Below, piece after piece: positions 28,885 through 38,448 of a DNA stretch of 64,000 nt (positions within the stretch are counted from its first letter, which is position 1; the number at the start of each line of letters is the position of its first letter). The stretch covers positions 26,846 through 90,845 of the forward strand of contig JACPGP010000014.1 of NCBI GenBank assembly GCA_016182425.1, written 5' to 3'. The notes under the pieces were generated by a model. The model had not been told where the DNA came from and did not search any database. It saw only the letters and a list, made by a program, of their open reading frames with translations. Both the position numbers and the translations under genes were made by a program. The stretch is from Candidatus Levyibacteriota bacterium. Lineage in GTDB: Bacteria > Patescibacteriota > Microgenomatia > Levybacterales > UBA12049.

Positions 28885-30648
28885 ATGTGCGGAATATTTG
28901 GATACGTTGGAAACAGTAATAATGCAGCAGGCATTGTTTTGGCAGGATTGCGGCTTCTAGAATATCGTGGGTACGATTCCTGGGGCATTTCGGTAAAGCG
29001 TGGAAAAAAGCTAGATGTTGATAAACACACTGGGAAGATTGAACAAGCGATTACACAACTTCCCAAAAGTACATTGGGAATTGGTCATACCCGTTGGGCA
29101 ACGCATGGAGGAGTTACTACTGTCAATGCGCATCCACACCTTGATTGCACAAAGGAAGTTGCAGTGGTTCATAACGGAATTGTGGAAAACTTTTTGGAAT
29201 TAAAAGAGGAGCTTCAAAGGATTGGTCACCATTTTGTTTCAGAAACCGATACAGAAGTTATTGCTCATCTGATTGAGGAATACTTAAAAAAAGAGGGGTT
29301 TGCTTCTTCAGTTCGTGATGCATTCAACAGGCTAAAAGGACTTAGCGCTATCGTTGTGGCCTATGCTCCATCCGCTGAAATTATTGCTGCAAAGAGTGGT
29401 TCGCCCTTGGTTGTGGGAGTGGGAGACAATGAGTTTTTTGTAGCATCAGATGCGGTGGGTATTGTAAAGCATACCAGGCGCGTTATTTTTATGGAAGATA
29501 ACGATATGGTAATCTTAGGGAAAAAACTAAAGCTTATTCGTTTGCCAGAGGGAAAAGTGGTAAAACCGCTGTTTCATACGATTGATTGGGAGTTTAAGAA
29601 TGTACAAAAAGGGAAATATAAACATTTCTTACTTAAGGAGATTTACGAACAGCCCCAAGTGGTTGAGAATATTGCCATAAATTATGGAGCAGATACGAAG
29701 CGGCTTTCCAAACTTATAGAGGAGGCGTTTGGTACGTTTATGCTGGGGTGCGGTACCGCGTCGTATGCGGCCATAGCAGGAACGTATCTTTTTTCCCGCG
29801 TTGCAAAAAAACATGTTAATTTTTCTATTGGCTCGGAATTTGCTTATCTTGAGGATTATTTAACCCCAAAGAGTTTGCTGATTGCAATTTCTCAAAGTGG
29901 GGAGACTATTGATGTTGTTGCTCCGGTTGAGAAAGCACGAAAAAGAGGATCACAAATAGCAGCTATAGTCAATGTTATTGGCTCCACACTTTATAGACAA
30001 GCACAGCATAAAATTTTACTTGGGGCTGGGGTAGAAAAAGCAGTAGTATCAACAAAAAGTTTTATTGCAATGGTGGCTATTTTAATTTTAACAGCCTACA
30101 CGAGCGCAAAAAGGCAAGAAGAGGCAAAGGAGCTTTTGATGCAGGCTGCAGGTAACATACGAGTGATATTACAAAACGCATATGTAAAAAGAATAAAAGA
30201 GCTGGCAAAAAAGCTTGTTAAGAGTTCACACATATTTGTTATTGGGAGAGGACTTGCTTATGCAACAGCGCTGGAAACAGCACTAAAATTAAAGGAAACA
30301 AGCTACGTTCATGCCGAGGGATTTGCGGGGGGAGAGCTTAAACACGGGGTAATTGCACTAATTGACAATGAGACTCCTTGTATTGTGATTGCTCCAAATG
30401 ATGAAACATATGATGATATTATTTCAAACGCTCAAGAAATTAAGGCAAGAGGCGGTTTTATTATTGGGGTGGGGCCTAAGAATAACAATGTTTTTGATAT
30501 TTTTTTGGAAACATCTGATGCAGGAGATGCGACAATGTTATCCCAAATAGTATTAGCCCAGCTTCTTGCTTATTACCTGGCGCTGTATAGAGGTATTAAA
30601 GACCCAGATAAGCCAAGGAATTTGGCCAAGAGCGTGACGGTAAAATGA
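28885..30648 (+). CDS. glmS: glutamine--fructose-6-phosphate aminotransferase
   Basis: MCGIFGY Ntn start, two SIS domains, C-terminal PRNLAKSVTVK. Confidence 0.95.
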   Translation: MCGIFGYVGNSNNAAGIVLAGLRLLEYRGYDSWGISVKRGKKLDVDKHTGKIEQAITQLPKSTLGIGHTRWATHGGVTTVNAHPHLDCTKEVAVVHNGIVENFLELKEELQRIGHHFVSETDTEVIAHLIEEYLKKEGFASSVRDAFNRLKGLSAIVVAYAPSAEIIAAKSGSPLVVGVGDNEFFVASDAVGIVKHTRRVIFMEDNDMVILGKKLKLIRLPEGKVVKPLFHTIDWEFKNVQKGKYKHFLLKEIYEQPQVVENIAINYGADTKRLSKLIEEAFGTFMLGCGTASYAAIAGTYLFSRVAKKHVNFSIGSEFAYLEDYLTPKSLLIAISQSGETIDVVAPVEKARKRGSQIAAIVNVIGSTLYRQAQHKILLGAGVEKAVVSTKSFIAMVAILILTAYTSAKRQEEAKELLMQAAGNIRVILQNAYVKRIKELAKKLVKSSHIFVIGRGLAYATALETALKLKETSYVHAEGFAGGELKHGVIALIDNETPCIVIAPNDETYDDIISNAQEIKARGGFIIGVGPKNNNVFDIFLETSDAGDATMLSQIVLAQLLAYYLALYRGIKDPDKPRNLAKSVTVK

Positions 30649-31349
30649 AAAAAAACCCAGTTATTATTCTTCATGGTTGGGGTCTTCATGGCGGCGCTTA
30701 TCATCAACTTATAAAATTACTTACTGGTAAGGGTCATAGAGTATATGCTCCAGATTTGCCAGGTTTTGGATCAGAACCCCTGGTTAATAAAATCATGACG
30801 CTTGATGACTATGTAAATTTTCTCCATTTCTTCATAAAGAAACATAAAATTACATCTCCTGTGATAATTGGTCATTCATTTGGGGGAAGAGTAGCAATAA
30901 AATATTGCTGGCAGATCCCGCAGGAAGTATCAAAACTTATTATTACTGGTGTTCCAGTAATACGTCGCGATACTATTAAAATGAAATTAGCGTATATTAT
31001 GGCAGTAGTTGGTGGGTTGGTATTAAAAACTTTTCCTTTAAAAGTGCAGCAGGCGATGCGCAAACTTTTATATAGATTAATAGGCGAATGGGATTATTAC
31101 AGAGCAGGTCCCCTAAAGCAGGTGTTTAAAAATATTATTAGCGAGCAGTTGATCGAGTATGTAAAAAATCTTCAGGTACCAGTTATTCTGGTTTGGGGGA
31201 GAGAGGATCGTATTACCCCTTGTTCTGATGTCGAGAAAATCAAAAGACTTATTCCCGGTGCGCGATCTGTCATTATTCCAAATACAGGCCATAAACTTCC
31301 TTATTTGAATCCAGGTAAGTTTTTTGAAGCAATACAAATTGAGTTATGA
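30645..31349 (+). CDS. alpha/beta hydrolase
   Basis: Nucleophile elbow GHSFGG; PNTGHKLP histidine region. Confidence 0.7.
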   Translation: MKKNPVIILHGWGLHGGAYHQLIKLLTGKGHRVYAPDLPGFGSEPLVNKIMTLDDYVNFLHFFIKKHKITSPVIIGHSFGGRVAIKYCWQIPQEVSKLIITGVPVIRRDTIKMKLAYIMAVVGGLVLKTFPLKVQQAMRKLLYRLIGEWDYYRAGPLKQVFKNIISEQLIEYVKNLQVPVILVWGREDRITPCSDVEKIKRLIPGARSVIIPNTGHKLPYLNPGKFFEAIQIEL

Positions 31350-32935
31350 ATATAATTCTTTTTTTTGCCGACATATTTTTTCTCTTATGGCTTTTTCGTA
31401 ACGCGCTGTTTTGGATCGCTCTTTGGCAAACAAAAGAATATCGTCTTGACAGAATATCTGCTCACATAAAAGAAACAGAACAGGGTAGGAGCCTTTTTTT
31501 ATCCCCTTTGCTTTTTATTAAACTTCTGGGAATCCTTGCCTTTGGAATTGTGATTTATAATAATGTCCTTTTGCTGCCGTATCAGATTTTTGTCGGAGGC
31601 ATATTTTTTCTTCAAACGATATTCCTGGTACAGGAAATACAGAAACGAATTGTTAAAAGGCCATCATTTACAATAAAATCATCAGTTATTTTTGTTCTGA
31701 CGATTGTTGTTATTTATTTTTTCTTTTATTTTCCGTTAGTTGAAAAATCTGTTTGGTTGCTTCTTGTTGATAGACTGATTCCATTTTTTATTGCTTTTTT
31801 TGTTTTCCTTTTTTCTTTTCCCACCGAAATGTATAGAGATTTTCAAATAGGAAGAGCCCTGCAGAAAATTAGACTTAATAGGAAAATGTTGGTTATTGGG
31901 ATTACTGGGAGTTATGGGAAAAGTTCCACAAAGGAGTTTGTCTCGCAAATCTTAAAAAAGAAATTTAGGCTTCTTAAAACAAAAGGAACAAATAACACAC
32001 CAATTGGTATAGCCCGTACTATTAATTTAGGCTTACAGCAAAATACAGAAATTTTTGTAGTGGAAATGGGGGCATATAAGGAAGGGGAAATTGCAGATAT
32101 TTGTCGGATTGTTAGACCGCAAATTGGCGTACTAACAGCTGTAAATAAACAGCATGTTTCACTATTTGGTAGTTTGGAAAAAACGCTTGCGGCAAAGTAC
32201 GAACTTATCGAAAGCTTGCCAAAAAACGGTCTTGCTATTTTTAATGGTAATAATCAGAACGCTTACTCTTTGTATCAAAAAACAAATAAAAAAAAGATTC
32301 TTTACCTGTGCGGCACTCAAAAGCAAAAAGCCGATATTATTGCTTCCCATATTTGCATGGAAAAAACGCATGTAACATTTGAAGTGTATCTTCAAAGAAA
32401 AAAGATTCGGTTCAAAGCTCCCGTTATTGGTGGGTATAATGTGGAAAATATTCTTCCTGGGATATATCTTGCTTTTCATTTAGGGATGAAGGTTGACCAG
32501 ATAAAAGAGGCGGTTTCTTCCCTTGCGTTACCTCCTCATACCATGACACGATACGAAGTTGGCGGCATAAGCTTTATTGATGATACATTTAATGCAAATC
32601 CTCAAGCCGTACTTTCGGCATTAGAGTATATGAAAATTTATCCTCGTAAAAAAATACTGGTGTTGCAACCTCTTATAGAATTAGGGGAATATGGAGATAA
32701 TGAACATCGTCTTATTGGAAAAGCAATAGGAGATGTATGTGATTATTTACTTTTGACAAATAAAAATTATCATAATGCCATACTTAATGGGATAAAAAGA
32801 GGAAGAAAAAAGTGTGTTGTGTATATAGGCAGTGTTCAGGAAATTGTTTGGTTTTTAAACAAAAATACCAAGAGGGGAGATGTGGTTGTTTTTGAAGGAA
32901 AAGAGGCAGGAGGGGCATTAGGGAAAATACTCTAG
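31346..32935 (+). CDS. murF: MurF-like UDP-MurNAc-peptide ligase with an N-terminal polytopic membrane domain
   Basis: About 170 aa of TM helices, then GITGSYGKSSTKEF, VVEMGAYKEGEI, DDTFNANP. Confidence 0.75.
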   Translation: MNIILFFADIFFLLWLFRNALFWIALWQTKEYRLDRISAHIKETEQGRSLFLSPLLFIKLLGILAFGIVIYNNVLLLPYQIFVGGIFFLQTIFLVQEIQKRIVKRPSFTIKSSVIFVLTIVVIYFFFYFPLVEKSVWLLLVDRLIPFFIAFFVFLFSFPTEMYRDFQIGRALQKIRLNRKMLVIGITGSYGKSSTKEFVSQILKKKFRLLKTKGTNNTPIGIARTINLGLQQNTEIFVVEMGAYKEGEIADICRIVRPQIGVLTAVNKQHVSLFGSLEKTLAAKYELIESLPKNGLAIFNGNNQNAYSLYQKTNKKKILYLCGTQKQKADIIASHICMEKTHVTFEVYLQRKKIRFKAPVIGGYNVENILPGIYLAFHLGMKVDQIKEAVSSLALPPHTMTRYEVGGISFIDDTFNANPQAVLSALEYMKIYPRKKILVLQPLIELGEYGDNEHRLIGKAIGDVCDYLLLTNKNYHNAILNGIKRGRKKCVVYIGSVQEIVWFLNKNTKRGDVVVFEGKEAGGALGKIL

Positions 32936-32936
32936 T

Positions 32937-34160
32937 ATGAAGAGACCAATTGCGATCTCGTTAGCACCAAATCTTGAAGGAATCGATGTGCTTCTGGCAC
33001 TGAAACTGCTTTTTTCTCCCTTTTCGTGGTTTAACGGAGGCCATGTAAAAGCGTTTGAGCAGTGGTTTCGTGAGTATTTTGAGGTTTTTTATGCGGTTTC
33101 ATTTGCAAGCGCAAGAGGTGCATTAATTGGTGTTCTAAAAAGTGCTGGAATACAACAAGGAGATGAAGTTATCTTACAAGCATTCACCTGTGTTGCCGTA
33201 CCAAACGCAGCTATTGCAGTAGGAGGAAAACCAGTGTACGTTGATATTGATAGCGCGTTTACACTAGATGTAGAAGATTTTGAGAGAAAGATAACAAAAA
33301 AAACAAAAGCAATCATTGTCCAGCACACTTTTGGTATTGCGGCCGATATGAAAAAAATTCGTTTCATTGCCAAAAAACATAATTTGTTTGTTATTGAGGA
33401 TTGCGCGCATGTTATAGGTGGTATGTACGAGGGTAAAAAACTTGGGACACTTGGAGACGCTGCAATTTTTAGCTTTGGAAGGGACAAGGCATTTTCTTCT
33501 GTTTTTGGCGGCATGGCAATTACAAACAAGGAAGAACTTGGAAAAAAAATTCGCCAGTTTCAAAAAACCCAAGATTACCCAAGTATTTTCTGGATTTTTC
33601 AGCAACTCTTTCATCCTGTAGCTTTTTTTCTTATTCTTCCGTTGTACAATTTTTTTTCAATAGGCAAAATATTGCTTCTTGTCTTGCAAAAAGTTAGATT
33701 ATTATCTTTTCCTGTGCTTCCTTTAGAAAAGCAGGGGAAAACAGATGAGCAGTGTCTAAAAAAAATGCCTAATCCTCTTGCCAAGCTCGCTTTTTTTCAA
33801 TTAAAAAAAATTGAAGTATTTAACAAAAAACGAAAAGAACTTGCAAAAATATATGCAGAAATTTTGGGAGGGAGGTATATAGATGGCACTGTATATCTTA
33901 GATACCCATTTCTTGTGGAAAAAAGAGATTCTCTTTTTGAAGCCTTAAAAAAGAAAGGGGTATATATTGGCAAATGGTACTCAGAGGTTGTCGATCCAAA
34001 AGGTACTAATTTTGCGAATATTTTTTATCAAAAGGGCAGTTGTTTAAACGCGGAAAGATTAGCAAAAAAAGTTATTAATTTACCGACATATCCAACAATG
34101 ACACGTGATGATGCTAAAAAAACAGCATTATTAATTAAACAATATGTTGCAAATACGTGA
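32937..34160 (+). CDS. DegT/DnrJ/EryC1-family PLP aminotransferase
   Basis: GDEVILQAFTCVAVPNA, VIEDCAHVIGG, and FSFGRDKAFSS (PLP lysine region). There is an internal hydrophobic insert. Confidence 0.65.
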   Translation: MKRPIAISLAPNLEGIDVLLALKLLFSPFSWFNGGHVKAFEQWFREYFEVFYAVSFASARGALIGVLKSAGIQQGDEVILQAFTCVAVPNAAIAVGGKPVYVDIDSAFTLDVEDFERKITKKTKAIIVQHTFGIAADMKKIRFIAKKHNLFVIEDCAHVIGGMYEGKKLGTLGDAAIFSFGRDKAFSSVFGGMAITNKEELGKKIRQFQKTQDYPSIFWIFQQLFHPVAFFLILPLYNFFSIGKILLLVLQKVRLLSFPVLPLEKQGKTDEQCLKKMPNPLAKLAFFQLKKIEVFNKKRKELAKIYAEILGGRYIDGTVYLRYPFLVEKRDSLFEALKKKGVYIGKWYSEVVDPKGTNFANIFYQKGSCLNAERLAKKVINLPTYPTMTRDDAKKTALLIKQYVANT

Positions 34161-35163
34161 AGTTAAAGATAAGAAACATTGGGATACATTTTTAGAAAAA
34201 AAAGATATTGTTTTTTACCCTTTTTTCCAATCCTGGAAATGGGGGGAAGTACAAAAACGATTAGGGCGTACTGTTTGGCGTCTAGGGGTTTATAATGGAA
34301 AGCAGATTGTTGCAATTTGCCAAATCGTAGATATTAAAGCTAGAAGAGGGCATTATCTTCATCTTCGTCATGGGCCTGTGCTTTTGCCTTTCGACAAGAA
34401 TGTTTTTGAAGAAATTATTTCGTGCGCGTCGGATTTGGCAAAAAAAGAGGGTGTTTTTTTCATTCGAATGAGCCCTGTTGTGCCAAAAGAGCATATAGAC
34501 TACGCAATGTTAAGAGAAAGAGGTTTTAGAGATGCTCCCATACACAACATGGATGCCGAAGTTTGTTGGGTGCTTGATATAACAAAATCAGAAGACGAAC
34601 TACTAAAACAAATGCGAAAAACTCATAGATACCTTATACGAAAAGCGCAATCTATGGAGATAAAAGTTGTTCGAACAAATAAATCTTCCTATATTAATGA
34701 TTTTCTCAGCCTTTACAGTGCATTATCACATAGAAAACATTTTGTTCCTCATAGGGGAGTTAAGGAAGAATTTGAGGAGTTTTCCAAAGACGATGAGGAA
34801 CTTCTTTTCTTAGCATATTATAATGGTAAAGTTATAAGTGGCGCGCTTATTGCTTATGTAGGACAGATGGCAATTTATCGGCATGGAGCTTCGGATGCGA
34901 GGTATCGGGATATTCCCGCTTCCTATCTATTGCAATGGGAGGCAATCAGAGAAGCAAAAAAGCGAGAAAAAACCCTCTATAATTTTTGGGGTATTGCTCC
35001 AATTGATAATCCAAATCACCCCTGGCAAGGGTTAACGCTTTTTAAGACTGGTTTTGGAGGTAAAAAGTTAGAGCTTCTTCACGCCCAAGACTTGCCGCTT
35101 TCTCCTCTGTACTGGAAAACCTACGCAATCGAACGCCTCACCACCTGGCTCAAGGGCTACTAA
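34144..35163 (+). CDS. FemAB-family peptidoglycan branch peptidyltransferase (FemX/MurM-like)
   Basis: FFQSWKWGEVQ, RHGASDARYRDIPASYLLQWEAI, FKTGFGG. Confidence 0.7.
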   Translation: MLQIREVKDKKHWDTFLEKKDIVFYPFFQSWKWGEVQKRLGRTVWRLGVYNGKQIVAICQIVDIKARRGHYLHLRHGPVLLPFDKNVFEEIISCASDLAKKEGVFFIRMSPVVPKEHIDYAMLRERGFRDAPIHNMDAEVCWVLDITKSEDELLKQMRKTHRYLIRKAQSMEIKVVRTNKSSYINDFLSLYSALSHRKHFVPHRGVKEEFEEFSKDDEELLFLAYYNGKVISGALIAYVGQMAIYRHGASDARYRDIPASYLLQWEAIREAKKREKTLYNFWGIAPIDNPNHPWQGLTLFKTGFGGKKLELLHAQDLPLSPLYWKTYAIERLTTWLKGY

Positions 35164-35182
35164 ATTATAAATTATGTTTGGT

Positions 35183-35212
35183 TTGCTTAAGTAGGGGTTT
35201 TAGCAGTATAAT
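35183..35212 (+). promoter_or_regulatory. sigma70-like promoter giving a near-leaderless mraY mRNA
   Basis: TTGCTT (35183-88), an 18-nt spacer, then TATAAT (35207-12). The ATG is at 35221, only 8 nt after the -10 element. Confidence 0.5.
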
Positions 35213-35220
35213 ACAATTCT

Positions 35221-36237
35221 ATGGCGCAGGTGTTGGGACTGATGATCCTTTCTTTTTTTATAACAGGGATTCTTTTAGTCCCCTTTATTGATTTTCTGTA
35301 CAAGGTAAAGGTGCAGCGACAGAAACAAAAGACTAAAGACATTTTTGAGAAGCGAACACCACTTTTTGATAAGCACCATGCATGGAAAGTGGGAACGCCG
35401 TTTGGCGGAGGGGTGCTTGTTATTGTCATTGTGTCGGTCTTAACGCTTTGGGCGTATGGCATATTTGGTATTCCTGTAAAGCCTTGGGAGCTTTTTGTTC
35501 TTCTTTTTTCATTTGTTGGTTTTGGCCTGCTTGGTTTGTATGACGATCTAAAAAAGCTTGTGAACGGGAAAAAGACTACGTTTTTTGGACTGCGGTTTAG
35601 GCATAAGTTTCTTATTCAGTGGATTCTTGCTTTTATTATTGCAGCAATTATGTACTATAAGTTGGGATACACATTTATTTTTATTCATGGGTTTGGCTTG
35701 GCAACATTAGGAATTTTATATATCTTTTTTGCGGCATTTGTAATTGTTTCTTTTACAAATGCATTTAATATTGCTGATGGTCTGGATGGTTTGGCAAGCG
35801 GTCTGCTTTTGATTTGTCTAGGGGCGTTTTTAGCAATTGCATCTTCCCAGCTTGATGATGCATTGGGTGTTTTTATTGCCATACTTATGGGAAGCGTTAT
35901 GGCATTTTTGTACTTTAATATTTACAGAGCGAGGCTTTGGCTTGGAGATGTAGGGTCTATGTCACTTGGCGCTGCGCTTGCTGTAATTGGACTTCTGACA
36001 GGAAAAACACTAGCTCTTGCTGTGATTGGAGGGGTATTTGTTTTGGAGGTAGGATCATCATTGCTACAAATTTTGAGTAAAAAATTTTTTCGAAAAAAGA
36101 TTTTTCTCGCAACACCGCTTCATCTTTATTTGCAGGAGCGAGGGTGGGAAGAGCCAAAGATTGTGATGCGAGCGTGGCTTTTGGGGTTTCTTTTTGCAAT
36201 TATTGGTTTATACCTTGCATTCATCAAAGTCGGCTGA
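35221..36237 (+). CDS. mraY: phospho-N-acetylmuramoyl-pentapeptide transferase
   Basis: NAFNIADGLDGLA, GDVGSMSLG, and about 10 TM. Confidence 0.9.
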   Translation: MAQVLGLMILSFFITGILLVPFIDFLYKVKVQRQKQKTKDIFEKRTPLFDKHHAWKVGTPFGGGVLVIVIVSVLTLWAYGIFGIPVKPWELFVLLFSFVGFGLLGLYDDLKKLVNGKKTTFFGLRFRHKFLIQWILAFIIAAIMYYKLGYTFIFIHGFGLATLGILYIFFAAFVIVSFTNAFNIADGLDGLASGLLLICLGAFLAIASSQLDDALGVFIAILMGSVMAFLYFNIYRARLWLGDVGSMSLGAALAVIGLLTGKTLALAVIGGVFVLEVGSSLLQILSKKFFRKKIFLATPLHLYLQERGWEEPKIVMRAWLLGFLFAIIGLYLAFIKVG

Positions 36238-36241
36238 TTTC

Positions 36242-37309
36242 ATGAGAAAGATTGATACTGTTCTGCTCGCGACTGTAGTTCTTCTTACTTTTTTTGGCCT
36301 ACTTATGATTTACGATGCCTCGTCTTTTATCGCATTTAGAGATTTTTCGGATAAATATCATTACATTAAAGATCAATTTCGTTGGGCCACTTTAGGGTTT
36401 TTAGGATTATTATTTTTTTCTTTTTTCGATTATCATAAATTATACAATTTATCTTTGCCGATTCTTGTTGCGGCTCTTGTTTTGCTTATTTTGGTGTTTG
36501 TGCCCGGAATTGGAGTTTTCGTTTTGGGAGCAAGGCGGTGGATTAATACCGGATTTTTTGTGGTGCAGCCAGCCGAGTTTGTGAAGCTGGCGCTTGCCAT
36601 ATATCTTTCGGCTTGGTTTTCGAAAAAAGAGAAAGGAAGACTACTGGCTTTTCTACTGCTGTTGGGAGTAGTTGTTGCTCTTATTATGCTAGAGCCGGAC
36701 ATGGGCACAGCTGCCATTGTGCTTTTTGAGGCGTTGGTGGCGTACTTTTTATCGGGAGGGAATATTTTGTCTTTTATATTTTTACTGCCGGTTGTTGGAG
36801 CTCTGGGATTTCTTTTGATTAAAGTTGAGCCGTACCGGCTGGAGCGTTTGATGGCATTCTTGCGGCCAATTGATGCATTTTCATCTTCTTATCATGTAAA
36901 GCAGATTTTAATAGCATTTGGTATGGGAGGAATAACAGGAGTGGGACTTGGCAATTCTTTGCAAAAATTTGCATATCTTCCCGAGAATACGACTGATTCA
37001 ATTTTCGCGATTATTGCTGAGGAATTGGGATTTATCGGAGCTTCGGTTTTGATTATCGCATATATTACGCTTTGCTGGCGTGGATTTCTCATCGCGGCAA
37101 AAGCAAGAGATATGTTTGGAAAATTGCTAGCCGGGACAATTACTTCGTTTCTTGCGATTCAAATGATTATTAATCTAAGCTCTCAGACAGTGCTGATTCC
37201 TTTAACTGGGGTGCCCCTGCCGTTTATCTCGTACGGAGGATCGTCGCTGGTGGTTGATTTGTGTGCAGTAGGGATAGTTTTGAATATTGCCAAGCAAGGC
37301 AATGCTTAA
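36242..37309 (+). CDS. ftsW: SEDS-family lipid II flippase/polymerase FtsW
   Basis: QPAEFVKLALAIYLS, PDMGTA, GVPLPFISYGGSS. The ATG at 36242 is preferred. Confidence 0.85.
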   Translation: MRKIDTVLLATVVLLTFFGLLMIYDASSFIAFRDFSDKYHYIKDQFRWATLGFLGLLFFSFFDYHKLYNLSLPILVAALVLLILVFVPGIGVFVLGARRWINTGFFVVQPAEFVKLALAIYLSAWFSKKEKGRLLAFLLLLGVVVALIMLEPDMGTAAIVLFEALVAYFLSGGNILSFIFLLPVVGALGFLLIKVEPYRLERLMAFLRPIDAFSSSYHVKQILIAFGMGGITGVGLGNSLQKFAYLPENTTDSIFAIIAEELGFIGASVLIIAYITLCWRGFLIAAKARDMFGKLLAGTITSFLAIQMIINLSSQTVLIPLTGVPLPFISYGGSSLVVDLCAVGIVLNIAKQGNA

Positions 37310-37314
37310 CAAAT

Positions 37315-38445
37315 ATGAATATGCGACTTATTATTGCTGTCGGCGGGGGCGGGCATTTTGCTCCTGCTCTTGCGATACTTCCATTTCTGCCAAAAGGGGC
37401 GGAGGTTCTTATTATCGGGAGAAAGTATTCTTTTGAGGGAGATAAAGCGTTGTCTCTGGAGTACCAAACAGCCAAGCGCCTAGGTATTTTGTTTGCTCCG
37501 CTTACTACAGGAAGACTGCAGAGAGTGTTTACACGCCATACCATTCCTTCGCTTTTGCGGTTTCCTCATGGCGTTTTGCAGGCATATAAAATCTTGCGTG
37601 TGTTTAAACCTAAGGTGGTTTTATCTTTTGGCGGATATATCTCGTTGCCGGTTGTTCTGGCAGCGTATTTTCTGCGGATTCCGGTTGTTCTTCACGAACA
37701 GACACTAGAGGCTGGCATGGCCAATAGAATTGGCTCGTTTTTTGCCAAGAAAGTGTGTGTTTCGTGGGAAACATCAATTAGATTTTTTCCTCATTCAAAA
37801 ACAGTATTGACGGGAAACCCGGTAAGAAAATTTTCTCCGGCTCAGCCGGACAATTCTCAATTCCCAATTTCCAATGAAAAATTACCACTTGTCTATATTA
37901 CAGGGGGGAGTGCGGGATCACACGCGATTAACGTATTGGTTGAGGGATGTATAAATAAGCTTCTTGAAAAGTTTATTGTATTGCATCAAACAGGCGACTT
38001 TAGGCAATACGAAGACTACGAGAGGCTTTGGCGTATTCGAAATAATCTGCCAAAGCCAATAAAAGACCGATACTTGCCGGTAAAATTTGTAGAGCCATTA
38101 CAGGTGGGGGCGGTGCTGGGTAAAGCAGATTTAGTAGTTGCCCGTTCAGGGATAAACACGGTTACAGAGCTTATTTTTTTTGGAAAACCGACTATTTTTA
38201 TTCCTCTCCCCTTTTCCCAAAATGATGAGCAGAAGAAAAACGCCAACTTTATGCGCGACCTCGGCCTGGCAGAAGTTTTGCCGCAGCATACTTTGACGCC
38301 AGATAAATTGCGCGCGCTTATCTTTTCGTTGTATGCAAATTTAGATGAGTATGTAAAACATGCCAAAAAAGCCCGAAGTATGGTAAAAGAAAACGCGCCG
38401 GAGAAGATTGTGGAAGTACTTATAAGTGTTTCGGCCGCAAAATAG
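37315..38445 (+). CDS. murG: UDP-GlcNAc:lipid I GlcNAc transferase
   Basis: AVGGGGHFAPALA, ITGGSAGSH, ARSGINTVTELIFFGKPTIFIP. The ATG at 37315 is preferred. Confidence 0.9.
   Translation: MNMRLIIAVGGGGHFAPALAILPFLPKGAEVLIIGRKYSFEGDKALSLEYQTAKRLGILFAPLTTGRLQRVFTRHTIPSLLRFPHGVLQAYKILRVFKPKVVLSFGGYISLPVVLAAYFLRIPVVLHEQTLEAGMANRIGSFFAKKVCVSWETSIRFFPHSKTVLTGNPVRKFSPAQPDNSQFPISNEKLPLVYITGGSAGSHAINVLVEGCINKLLEKFIVLHQTGDFRQYEDYERLWRIRNNLPKPIKDRYLPVKFVEPLQVGAVLGKADLVVARSGINTVTELIFFGKPTIFIPLPFSQNDEQKKNANFMRDLGLAEVLPQHTLTPDKLRALIFSLYANLDEYVKHAKKARSMVKENAPEKIVEVLISVSAAK
37836..37876 (+). repeat. 15-bp palindrome plus degenerate heptamers CAATTCT/CAATTCC/CAATTTC/CAATG in the murG interdomain linker
   Basis: tccggc-tca-gccgga (37836-50), then the heptamer tract at 37851-76. 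Together they encode SPAQPDNSQFPISNE. Confidence 0.8.
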
Positions 38446-38448
38446 AGT

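Noticed and set aside
879-37876. Heptamer tracts considered as CRISPR repeats or a mini-array
   Set aside because: There are no unique spacers between units and no repeated 25-40-bp unit shared among loci. No cas genes are present, and the tracts are inside ORFs.
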